The notes below the pieces were generated by a model. The model was not told the origin of the DNA, made no database searches, and saw only the letters and a list, made by a program, of their open reading frames with translations. Positions 1-7,675 of a stretch of DNA of 21,549 nucleotides are shown piece after piece; position 1 is the stretch's first letter, and each line of letters starts with the position of its first letter. The position numbers and the translations under genes were made by a program. This stretch comes from Deltaproteobacteria bacterium (GTDB taxonomy: Bacteria; Desulfobacterota; DSM-4660; Desulfatiglandales; HGW-15), in the NCBI GenBank assembly GCA_020060805.1, contig JAGUZM010000404.1:1-21549 (forward strand), written 5' to 3'.

Positions 1-166
1 ATGTGATGGCGACCTCGCTGACCCTGTTATCCCTCAGCAGAGAAAGGAATTGGCTGTAGGGAATGGTTTTGATCGCCAGAGCCGAGCCGAGATAATTTTG
101 AATCAGCAGAACCACCCAGATCCCCAGAAGGACATACCATATGGAAAACTTAGTATGCTTCTCCAC
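1..166 (-). CDS. ftsH: ATP-dependent zinc metalloprotease FtsH, N-terminal fragment (runs off the window start)
   Basis: Absent from the ORF track because it is <60 aa inside the window. On the reverse strand a GGAGGAGG SD is followed 6 nt later by GTG at 166. The translation is VEKHTKFSIWYVLLGIWVVLLIQNYLGSALAIKTIPYSQFLSLLRDNRVSEVAIT. That gives a basic N-terminus, one TM helix and the I-x-YS-x-F...LL...V-x-x-V pattern typical of FtsH N-termini. The frame stays open to base 1. Confidence 0.55.
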   Translation of the reverse strand, partial: MEKHTKFSIWYVLLGIWVVLLIQNYLGSALAIKTIPYSQFLSLLRDNRVSEVAIT

Positions 167-202
167 AATCCACCTCCTCCTGCGACAACACCGGCGCTAT
201 CG

Positions 203-1705
203 TCATTTATCCTTCACCTTGAATTTCAGCCAGTCGAGCATCTCCTGGATATTCTTGGCCATGTACCATCGGCCGTTGGCGAAAGCACCGTAATCAGCCC
301 CTGCCATGGCAGAGGAAAAACGGGTTGAGTTGGCGTAGAAAAGCCACTGCTCAACCCACCTCTTTTCAATCGCTTCGTTAAAGATGCTGTCATTCTGCGC
401 AAGCCCTTTGGCCGCTCCCTTCTCCCAGGCAGCAAGGACGATCTTCGTAGCGGTCAGGGTCATCTCATTGGTCTTTTGTATGGTGTTTTCGAGACGAGCG
501 AAATGCCCGTCCACCCAACCCTGGCTGTGGCAGGAAAGGCAGACCTTTTGCATCGCCTTTCGTCTACGCTCCTGTTCCTTCTGATCGATGAGGTAAGTCG
601 TCGCAGGTTCGCCCGTCAGCTCCGTGGGCAGGGGGAGACCTGCCTTGTTCCGGATGATCGTCGTATCCGGGGAAATCGGGTGGGGATGGGCGTAGATCAG
701 GCCGAAGATCCGCCAGGGCAGGCGGTCATTCATCTGATGGGTTCTTCCGGCGATGGTTTCTCCATCTTCAGAGACGAGCAAGCTCACATGGCACGTGGCG
801 CAGGTCGGCCCGGTGATGTCTTTTCCCACGGTCCAGGGAACGGCGTCATAGTTCCATGAACCGCCGAGGGAGGAATACATGTTGCCGTGCTTGCTCACTT
901 CGTAGACTTTGAAAGCGGGCACATCGGGGCCCTTATGGCACTGAGAGCAGGTGTAGGGTTTTCTGGCCATTTCGATAGAGAACCGATGCCTGGTGTGGCA
1001 TGCGCTGCAAGACCCCTTGCTCCCGTCCGGGTTGACCCTTCCTACGCCCTGATTGGGCCAGCCCGAGAGCACCGGGAAGGTCATCTCACCGTGATCGGTC
1101 TCTCTTGAAACGTTCCCCTTCACGCTGACCACGGTTCCGTGGCAGGACAGGCAGGCATCGGCGGAGGTCAGAGGGTCAGGGGCGCTGAGGGTCGTGCTCA
1201 TCCCTGAGAAGGATTGAATGCCTGTGGCCGACTTGACGAAATCCTTGTAGACCGGGTTGTTTTCCAGGTTGCCGTAGGCATGGGACATCAGGTTTTTGCC
1301 GTACTGACTCCTTTCAGCAGGATGGCAGGTGGCGCAATCCTCAGGTGTCACGACCGTGTGAACCTCAAGGCCGTTGTGGTCGAAGGCATCTTTGTGTTTT
1401 GAAGAATTCATGGTGTGACACTCCGCGCATCCCACCACGACATGGGCAAGGGAATCGGGCAGCGTGTCGTAGGAGACCCTTCTCTCCTTCTCAGGCAGGC
1501 CCTTGGCCGCACCGGGGGTGACTCTGGACATGCGGCTTTTTTTCCAGTCCGCCACGATGCCCGGGTGGAGCGACGCATGGCATTCGAGACAGAAAGCCGT
1601 GTCTTCGCTGATAGGTGGTTCAGCGAAGACTGCCTTTGGGAAAAGGAAAACCGAAACGACAGCAACAAAAAAAAGCTTAGTACAAGCCTTCGTAAATACC
1701 CTCAC
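203..1705 (-). CDS. Periplasmic octaheme c-type cytochrome (8 x CxxCH; hydroxylamine-oxidoreductase-like multiheme family is possible)
   Basis: The ORF track gives 203..1924. Eight CxxCH motifs are present: CLECH, CAECH, CATCH, CLSCH, CSACH, CSQCH, CATCH, CLSCH. A signal-peptide-like segment (VRVFTKACTKLFFVAVVSVFLFPKAVFAEP) begins at the in-frame GTG at 1705, which is preceded by GGTGGTGA. The 73 codons upstream (1706-1924) translate the two intergenic hairpins and look non-coding, so I prefer the 1705 start. Confidence 0.85.
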   Translation of the reverse strand: MRVFTKACTKLFFVAVVSVFLFPKAVFAEPPISEDTAFCLECHASLHPGIVADWKKSRMSRVTPGAAKGLPEKERRVSYDTLPDSLAHVVVGCAECHTMNSSKHKDAFDHNGLEVHTVVTPEDCATCHPAERSQYGKNLMSHAYGNLENNPVYKDFVKSATGIQSFSGMSTTLSAPDPLTSADACLSCHGTVVSVKGNVSRETDHGEMTFPVLSGWPNQGVGRVNPDGSKGSCSACHTRHRFSIEMARKPYTCSQCHKGPDVPAFKVYEVSKHGNMYSSLGGSWNYDAVPWTVGKDITGPTCATCHVSLLVSEDGETIAGRTHQMNDRLPWRIFGLIYAHPHPISPDTTIIRNKAGLPLPTELTGEPATTYLIDQKEQERRRKAMQKVCLSCHSQGWVDGHFARLENTIQKTNEMTLTATKIVLAAWEKGAAKGLAQNDSIFNEAIEKRWVEQWLFYANSTRFSSAMAGADYGAFANGRWYMAKNIQEMLDWLKFKVKDK

Positions 1706-1747
1706 GTATTCACCACCGAGGCACAGAGGACACGGAGGGGGATATGT

Positions 1748-1847
1748 TTTTCGTCTATCGGGAGATACCGATAGACGAAAATAATCCTCGTAAGATCTTC
1801 TCGGAGCAGAATATTTTTGTTTGTCGGTATCTCCCGACAAACAAAAA
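1748..1847. repeat. Two related perfect hairpins (14-bp stem, 6-nt loop each) in opposite orientation
   Basis: H1 at 1748-1781 is TTTTCGTCTATCGG-GAGATA-CCGATAGACGAAAA. H2 at 1814-1847 is TTTTTGTTTGTCGG-TATCTC-CCGACAAACAAAAA. The two loops are reverse complements of each other, and the stems differ at 3 positions, each with a compensatory change. Confidence 0.8.
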
Positions 1848-1916
1848 CTTTTCTCTGCGCCCTCTGCGTCTCCGTGGTGAACCAAAATTCGTGACGGTAA
1901 TTGTGAAGACCTGACC

Positions 1917-2621
1917 TTAGTCATCAGCTTCTCCTTGTTCGAGACTTCTCAGAGCCCCGATCGCCAGTTCCCCGATCGTATGCTTCTCAAGCCGCTCTCC
2001 CGAGAATATCAACAGCTCAGTATCATCCTGTGTCAAACCCTCGAGCGCTGAGCAGGCCTCACCAACCCGCAGGAGGCCCAAGATTTTGACCGCAAGACCT
2101 CTGTGGGTCGGGTTGGGAGAGTCCAGAAAGGGCCGGAGAAGAGGGAGCGAATTCTTGACAAGGCCGGGACGCACCTCTGCCACCCTTCCTATTCCCCATA
2201 AAACACCCGATTGCAGGACCTCGTTCTCGAGAAGGTTCCCGTCCTCCCTCAGGTACGATATTAGTATATGGGTATATTCCCTTGCAAGCCTGTCATGGGA
2301 GGCAAGGATTTCACCCATCGCCTCGGGAGATCCCCACCCGATGCCGCCCGACTCGTCGTTGAGGTTCCACATCAGCCTGCGCAGGATGACGCGAGCTGCT
2401 TCCATGTCCCCCTCGGCCAGGCTCGCAACCACCGCTCCCATGGCTTTCACAGCGCCCCATTTCAATCTCTCGTCCCCCTCCTGGATCAAGGCAAAAAGGG
2501 GATTAACCGCAACCCGCGGCGGAAACCGGCAGATTTCCTCGATCGCAACGGGCAGGTTCCGTGTTTTCAAGAGTTCCAGAACTCTCTTTTTCAATGCCCG
2601 GCCTTTTGTGGGATGATTCAT
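1917..2621 (-). CDS. HEAT/armadillo-like repeat protein (resembles the 'DVU0298 family' annotation seen in sulfate reducers; assignment from memory)
   Basis: 234-aa ORF of repetitive alpha-helical character (e.g. LKWGAVKAMGAVVASL, VLWGIGRVAEV, RGLAVKILGLL) with an ESGGIGWGSPEAMGEI motif. It lies co-directionally between the rubredoxin and the cytochrome. Confidence 0.65.
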   Translation of the reverse strand: MNHPTKGRALKKRVLELLKTRNLPVAIEEICRFPPRVAVNPLFALIQEGDERLKWGAVKAMGAVVASLAEGDMEAARVILRRLMWNLNDESGGIGWGSPEAMGEILASHDRLAREYTHILISYLREDGNLLENEVLQSGVLWGIGRVAEVRPGLVKNSLPLLRPFLDSPNPTHRGLAVKILGLLRVGEACSALEGLTQDDTELLIFSGERLEKHTIGELAIGALRSLEQGEADD

Positions 2622-2791
2622 AGCGTCCCGAAAGGAGAGCGTGGACCCATGAGGCTCGAGCCTTGTCTTGCACGGGCTTGGACTGGGGCCATCAAGGGAG
2701 AGACAAGGGAATAGCTGATGGCAGATATCCCGGATGGGCAGAAAGAGATACCGATTTTCCCCGTGGGCGATATCTCTTCCTGCGGGTCATT

Positions 2792-2953
2792 CTAACTCTC
2801 CTTTTCAAACTGATCTTTTGAAGCTCCGCAAACGGGGCATACCCAGTCGGCAGGCACCTTGTCGAAAGGGGTTCCTGCCTTAACGCCGTTGTCAGGGTCA
2901 CCAGCCGCAGGGTCGTAGACATAGCCACAAACGGTGCACACATACTTATCCAT
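2792..2953 (-). CDS. rub: Rubredoxin (53 aa)
   Basis: Absent from the ORF track (<60 aa). Reverse-strand translation is [53 protein letters not shown]. It carries the canonical CxxCG...CPxCG pairs and the Y-x-Y-D-P, F-x-x-x-P-x-x-W signature. A GGAGGAG SD lies 6 nt upstream of the ATG at 2953. Confidence 0.92.
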   Translation of the reverse strand: MDKYVCTVCGYVYDPAAGDPDNGVKAGTPFDKVPADWVCPVCGASKDQFEKES

Positions 2954-3294
2954 AATCATCTCCTCCTCGTAGAATAGTTGGGTTAGGCCAAAAAAGGGTG
3001 CATATCGCCTTCCATCGCAATATCCCAGGGAAAAGGTCCTGGATACCCTGTTTCGAACCGGTGAAACCTCCTTTTTTCTCTGGTCATAAACAAAAAGATG
3101 TTTAGAATGTGACCCGTAAACTCAAATTTCCTTCGAATTGATGGTTATTGGCCAGCTAAAAGCCAGGCCGGGTGAGCACCTGGGGGATACATGATACAAC
3201 AGGGTTAATACTAAGTGCCCAATGGCCTGATGTCAAGGAATCTCAACCGAGTATTACAGTCCAGAAACACCTTGGCACGAGCCTCTGTGTGAAC

Positions 3295-4119
3295 ATGGAA
3301 AGGAGGAGCGATTTCCTGTTGGCCGGCAAAACCATCCCATTCCCACAGCGGTCCACCGCCCAGGATATCATCCTGTTCGCCGTTGTGCTGGCGATAGCCA
3401 CCTGGGTCATGGTCCAGGGCACAACGCATCTCGGGTATCACTGGCAATGGTACAGGGTGCCCCAGTACCTCTTTACCCTGGAGGAGGGGCATTTTCGTCC
3501 GGGGCCGCTGCTGCAGGGGCTGATGGTGACTCTCAGGATTAGCGCTTTCAGTCTCCTCTTGACCCTTGCCTTCGGCCTGGTCACCGCACTGCTCCGGATA
3601 TCGAGTTCTTTCCTGGGCAGGACCTTGGCCCGGGGATACCTGGAAGTGATTCGAAACACCCCCCTTCTGGTGCAGCTTTTTGTCATCTATTTTGTCCTGT
3701 CGCCGATTCTCGACATCAGCCGCTTCGCCTCAGCCGTTCTCGCTCTCAGCCTGTTTGAAGGGGCTTACGCTTCGGAGATCTTCAGGGCCGGCATTCTCTC
3801 CATCCAGAGGGGTCAATGGGAGGCAGCGTACAGCCTCGGCCTCGGGAGCCTGAGCACGTACCGGCTGGTGATTCTCCCCCAGGCGGTGCGTCGTATTCTT
3901 CCTCCCCTGACGAGCCAGGCCATATCGCTCGTGAAAGACTCCGCCCTGGTGAGCACCATAGCGGTCTATGATCTGACCATGCGGGGCCAAGAGATTATCG
4001 CGGAGACTTATCTCGCTTTCGAGCTTTGGTTCACTGTCGCCGCGATGTACCTCTTCATCACCGTGACCCTTTCCATGGTGGTCCACAGGATGGAGGGGAG
4101 ACTGAAAGTGAAAACATAA
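3295..4119 (+). CDS. Amino-acid ABC transporter permease (polar amino acid / His-Glu-Gln-Arg family)
   Basis: ORF 3172..4119. The IRNTPLLVQLFVIYF segment and the EAA-loop region EAAYSLGLGSLSTYRLVILPQA are present. I prefer the in-frame ATG at 3295 because the N-terminus then aligns with its paralog at 5148 (LGYHWQWYRVPQYL versus LNYRWDWAAIPQYL). The exact start is uncertain. Confidence 0.85.
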   Translation: MERRSDFLLAGKTIPFPQRSTAQDIILFAVVLAIATWVMVQGTTHLGYHWQWYRVPQYLFTLEEGHFRPGPLLQGLMVTLRISAFSLLLTLAFGLVTALLRISSSFLGRTLARGYLEVIRNTPLLVQLFVIYFVLSPILDISRFASAVLALSLFEGAYASEIFRAGILSIQRGQWEAAYSLGLGSLSTYRLVILPQAVRRILPPLTSQAISLVKDSALVSTIAVYDLTMRGQEIIAETYLAFELWFTVAAMYLFITVTLSMVVHRMEGRLKVKT

Positions 4120-4190
4120 TGGCAAGAGGGGCAGGGGCTTTTTCAGTAACCTGCTGATTCGTTCACCATGAAAAGGAAAGGAGTTTTGCC

Positions 4191-5024
4191 ATGAAAGCAC
4201 GATCGGCATGTTTCGTCGTTTTGTTCATCCTCAGCCTGCTCGTCATCCCCCTGGACCATGGTTCTGCGGCAAACGTAAGGCAGCAACTCACGGCGGACAG
4301 CACCCTGGAGCAGATTCTCAAGCGGGGCGTCCTGAAGGTGGGCATGTCCACATTCGTGCCATGGGCGATGCAAGACAAAACCGGGAAACTGATCGGGTTT
4401 GAGATCGATGTTGCCACGCGGCTTGCCAAGGATATGGGGGTCAAAGTGGAATTCGTTCCGACCAAATGGGCAGGAATCGTTCCCGCCCTTCTCACGGGCA
4501 AGTTTGACGTTATCATCGGGGGCATGGGCATTCTTCCTGAGCGCAACCTGAAGGTGAATTTCACCGTGCCCTATGACCACAGCGGGATGTCCATGGTGGC
4601 CAACAAGCAGGTTGCCCAAGGTTTCAAAAGCCTGGAGGATTTCAACCGGCCGGACGTGGTTCTGGCCGTGAGGTTGGGAGCAACGCCCGTGGCTGCGGCT
4701 CAGAAGTTCATGCCCAAGGCGCAACTCCGCAAGTTTGACGATGAGTCACAGGCCATGCAGGAACTGCTGAACGGCAAGGCCCACGCGGTCGTCGCCTCGG
4801 CGCCGATGCCCGCCTTCCAGGCCCTGAAGTATCCGGACAAGCTTTTCCTTCCCCTCCCGGAGACCTTTACCAGGGAGCCGATCGGCTTTGCTCTCAGAAA
4901 AGGGGATGTGGACACCCTCAACTTCTTCAACAACTGGATAACGGTCGTTCAGGCGGAGGGATGGCTGGCTGAGCGGAAGCACTACTGGTTCGAGACAACC
5001 GAATGGGAGTCTCTGATTAAATAG
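4191..5024 (+). CDS. Amino-acid ABC transporter periplasmic substrate-binding protein (family 3 SBP)
   Basis: A strong SD (AAAGGAAAGGAG) precedes the ATG. The signal peptide is MKARSACFVVLFILSLLVIPLDHGSA. Type-3 SBP motifs are present: LKVGMS..VPWAMQD, GFEIDVA, W..IVPALLTGKFDVIIGGM. Confidence 0.9.
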   Translation: MKARSACFVVLFILSLLVIPLDHGSAANVRQQLTADSTLEQILKRGVLKVGMSTFVPWAMQDKTGKLIGFEIDVATRLAKDMGVKVEFVPTKWAGIVPALLTGKFDVIIGGMGILPERNLKVNFTVPYDHSGMSMVANKQVAQGFKSLEDFNRPDVVLAVRLGATPVAAAQKFMPKAQLRKFDDESQAMQELLNGKAHAVVASAPMPAFQALKYPDKLFLPLPETFTREPIGFALRKGDVDTLNFFNNWITVVQAEGWLAERKHYWFETTEWESLIK

Positions 5025-5147
5025 AATACCCTGATCAGGAGTGTCGGACAACGGGTTTCCCTTCCCCTTCCGCCTGTCCTCCTTGGCGGAGCACCTGCGG
5101 GGGATGGAGGAGGGGATGGGAGGTCTGGCACCGCCAAAAAGACGCTG

Positions 5148-6032
5148 ATGATCAAGGCCAAGGCAAAGATTAAACCCCTCGATATCATCATAGGCATTGC
5201 CCTGGTGGCGGCAGGAGCGTATGTCACGCACCGGGTCATCGCGGACCTCAACTACAGGTGGGACTGGGCCGCGATACCCCAGTATCTCCTCCGTTACGAC
5301 GAGGAGGAGGGAGGCTGGGTCCCCAACATGCTCCTCCAGGGGCTTTTCATGACCATCAGGCTGAGCGTTTGGGGAACGATTCTCGCCACCCTGATCGGAA
5401 TCGCGATGGGCCTCCTCCGCGTGAGCCGGAGGCTTTTCGGCAGGCTCGTGGCCAGGACCTACGTGGAGGTGATGCGCAACACCCCGCCTCTGGTGCTCAT
5501 CTTCCTGTTCTATTATTTCTTGAGCGGTCAGATCATGACGGTTCTGGGGATCGATACGATCCTGACCGGCCTGTCCGAAGACACGAAGTTCGTCCTCTCC
5601 CTTCTGTTTGGGTCGCCATCCCGATTCTCCGCCTTCACCTCCGCCCTGATTACCCTGGCTATTTTTGAGAGCGCCTACATTACCGAGATCGTCAGGGCGG
5701 GAATCCAGTCGATTGAAAGAGGGGTGTGGGAGGCGGGCTATTCCCTCGGGCTGTCTCGGTGGCAGCTCATGAGACGGGTGATTCTGCCTCTGGCAACGCA
5801 ACGGATCATTCCTCCCCTGGCAGGCCAGTTCATATCCACGATCAAGGATTCCGCGATCGTGTCTGTCATTTCAATCCAGGAGCTGACCTTTCAGGGTATG
5901 GAACTGACGGCCGCCACCTATCTCACCTTCGAGGTGTGGATCACCGTGACCCTCTTGTACCTCGTCCTAACCCTTTCCCTCTCCGTTACCCTGGGTCGGG
6001 TCGAGAAATATCTGAGAAGGAGTGAAGCCTGA
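5148..6032 (+). CDS. Amino-acid ABC transporter permease (second subunit, paralog of 3295..4119)
   Basis: MRNTPPLVLIFLFYYF and the EAA loop EAGYSLGLSRWQLMRRVILPLA are present. It shows clear paralogy with the first permease over its full length. Confidence 0.9.
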   Translation: MIKAKAKIKPLDIIIGIALVAAGAYVTHRVIADLNYRWDWAAIPQYLLRYDEEEGGWVPNMLLQGLFMTIRLSVWGTILATLIGIAMGLLRVSRRLFGRLVARTYVEVMRNTPPLVLIFLFYYFLSGQIMTVLGIDTILTGLSEDTKFVLSLLFGSPSRFSAFTSALITLAIFESAYITEIVRAGIQSIERGVWEAGYSLGLSRWQLMRRVILPLATQRIIPPLAGQFISTIKDSAIVSVISIQELTFQGMELTAATYLTFEVWITVTLLYLVLTLSLSVTLGRVEKYLRRSEA

Positions 6033-7380
6033 GCGCGGGATGACCAAGGAAAATCTACTTACCACGCAACCGATTCCTGAACTGATCCGACGGATCGGCA
6101 TACCCGCCAGCATCGGGTACTTTTTCCACACCATGTACAACGTGGTGGACACCTATTTCGGGGGACTGATCTCCACCCAAGCTCTCGCCTCCCTTTCCCT
6201 GTCTTTCCCGGTATTTTTCATCATCATCGCCATGGGCACGGGTTTTTCTTCAGGAACCACGGCGCTGATCGCAAACGCCCTGGGGGCCGGGAAAGGAGAG
6301 GAGGCACGGGTTCTGGCCGTTCAGAGCATCAGCTTCGGGGTGCTCAGCTCGATCCTGCTGACGGCTTTGGGCCTCCTGATATCGCCCTTCCTTTTCAGGA
6401 TCCTGGGCGCCACAGAAGAATACCTTGCGATGGCTTTAAGCTATATGAACACGATTTTCTGCGGCACGAGCCTCTTCATGCTGGTCTACATGTTCAATGC
6501 GATCCTGAACGGCAAGGGGGAGACGAGGCCTTTTCGAAACTTCCTGATCGCCGCGTTCCTGATGAACATCGTCCTGGATCCCTGGTTCATTTACGGCGGG
6601 CTGGGCGTGCCGGCCATGGGAATCGTGGGTGTGGCTGCAGCCACGGTTCTCATCCAGTTGATCGGGTGCGTGTACCTGGGCCGGAAAGTTCTTCGGTCCG
6701 GCCTGATCGCGATGGCGGACTTCAAGCACGTGATCCCCAGGCTGGGCCCTTTTGTTCAAATCGCCCAGCAGGGATTGCCGGCGAGCCTCAACATGATGAC
6801 CGTGGGGATCGGCATCTTTGTGATCACCTATTTTGTAAGCCATTTTGGAAAAGAGGCGGTGGCAGCTTATGGGGTGGCCATGAGGGTTGAGCAAATGGTG
6901 CTCGTCCCCACGATCGGTCTCAATATCGCAACCCTCACCCTGGTGGCACAAAACAACGGCGCCAAGCTTTTCCATCGCGTCCGCGAAACCCTGCGAACAG
7001 CGTTGACTTATGGCGGCGTGCTCATGGCCGGCGGCGCGGTGGCGCTTCTGATCGGAGCGAGGGTTTTCATCGCCTTTTTTTCCGAGGACCGCTCCGTCCT
7101 TGACATCGGAGCGACCTACCTGAGGATCGATGCCCTCGCCTTGTACGCCTACGTGATCCTATACGTCAATGTGGCGGCCCAGCAGGGGATGAAAAAGCCC
7201 CTGTTCGGCCTCTTCCTCGGGTTGTACCGGCAGATGGTCGCGCCGTTTATCGTCTTCTGGCTTCTGACCCGTGTCCTCGACGTCGGTCTTTTGGGGATCT
7301 GGCTGGGGATATTCGGGATCACATGGAGTGGGGCGGCTTTTTCTATTCTGTACACTCGAAGGCTACTCAGCAGGGTTTAA
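6022..7380 (+). CDS. MATE family multidrug/toxin efflux transporter
   Basis: 452-aa polytopic protein. The N-terminus (LIRRIGIPASIGYFFHTMYNVVDTYFGG) and the second-half repeat (IAQQGLPASLNMMTVGIGIFVITYFVSHFGKEAVAAYGVAMRVEQ) are typical of MATE/NorM-like proteins. The start is either GTG 6022, which overlaps the permease stop, or ATG 6040. Confidence 0.9.
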   Translation: MKPERGMTKENLLTTQPIPELIRRIGIPASIGYFFHTMYNVVDTYFGGLISTQALASLSLSFPVFFIIIAMGTGFSSGTTALIANALGAGKGEEARVLAVQSISFGVLSSILLTALGLLISPFLFRILGATEEYLAMALSYMNTIFCGTSLFMLVYMFNAILNGKGETRPFRNFLIAAFLMNIVLDPWFIYGGLGVPAMGIVGVAAATVLIQLIGCVYLGRKVLRSGLIAMADFKHVIPRLGPFVQIAQQGLPASLNMMTVGIGIFVITYFVSHFGKEAVAAYGVAMRVEQMVLVPTIGLNIATLTLVAQNNGAKLFHRVRETLRTALTYGGVLMAGGAVALLIGARVFIAFFSEDRSVLDIGATYLRIDALALYAYVILYVNVAAQQGMKKPLFGLFLGLYRQMVAPFIVFWLLTRVLDVGLLGIWLGIFGITWSGAAFSILYTRRLLSRV

Positions 7381-7406
7381 CAGGTTGCTGAGAAAGATTT
7401 CAAGAC

Positions 7407-7626
7407 GCCGGCCCGGGGGGGTCTCTGACGAGTCCGCAACCGGAAGTGCACGGATCCCCTCAACCGCCCCCATGATCCAAAGTCTTCTCCGGGGTAGGCG
7501 CAATCCCTCCAGGCCAACCGGAGAGATGCCACCCTGGGACTACAGACATAGCCCTATGACTTTTCGGCGCCGTTTCATGGGACTGAGGAAATGGTTGCGA
7601 CTAGGAAGAGACCCCCCTGGGTCGGC
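7407..7626 (+). ncRNA. Candidate ~220-nt rod-like structured RNA (6S-like?) or MITE-like imperfect palindrome
   Basis: A 20-bp closing helix pairs 7407-7426 with 7607-7626: 18 Watson-Crick pairs plus 2 G-T pairs that are wobbles only on the + strand. Nested helices follow: 7432-7441/7593-7601, 7458-7462/7584-7588, 7469-7475/7575-7581, 7479-7484/7558-7563 and the local hairpin 7486-7492/7518-7524. It lies in the convergent gap between the MATE gene and dodecin, and no credible ORF covers it. Confidence 0.35.
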
Positions 7627-7675
7627 TGCGCGGACAGTCCGGTGGGGGACCAAGGCGTGCGCTGAAAAAAGGCAC

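Noticed and set aside
50-1784. Multiple plus-strand ORFs (50..328, 384..584, 476..859, 887..1108, 1214..1402, 1415..1774, 1503..1784) and similar antisense ORFs elsewhere (e.g. 4143..4724, 4746..5801, 6436..6975, 8153..8692, 9675..10253, 10965..11534, 11479..12111, 12280..12930, 15277..15972, 19990..20547)
   Set aside because: All lie antisense to, or out of frame with, long motif-supported genes. They have biased Arg/Pro/Gly-rich composition typical of shadow ORFs in GC-rich DNA and lack SDs and recognisable motifs.
1706-1924. N-terminal 73-codon extension of the cytochrome ORF (ATG at 1924)
   Set aside because: The extension translates the two perfect hairpins, has no protein-like character and places the signal peptide internally. 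The GTG at 1705 directly precedes a normal signal peptide.
2692-2943. 83-aa minus-strand ORF from the track
   Set aside because: It is a wrong-frame shadow of the rubredoxin gene (2792-2953). The rubredoxin frame gives a canonical protein with a strong SD, while this frame gives a low-complexity Arg/Leu/Thr-rich peptide.
3035-3065. GGTTCGAAAC on the minus strand, resembling a tRNA T-loop
   Set aside because: The flanking bases do not form a 5-bp T stem, and no acceptor or anticodon arms can be drawn. The same applies to GGAGTTCAATCGG at 13425-13437.
5124-5140. TGGCAC upstream of the second permease as a sigma54 -24 element
   Set aside because: No TTGC(-12) element is present at the required spacing; the downstream sequence is CGCCAAAAAG.
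7425-7450. Hammerhead-ribozyme-like CUGACGAG + UCCG/CGGA stem
   Set aside because: The stem II closing pair and the obligatory GAAA core after stem II are absent; the sequence reads AGUGC instead. The segment is better explained as part of helix 2 of the rod-like structure.
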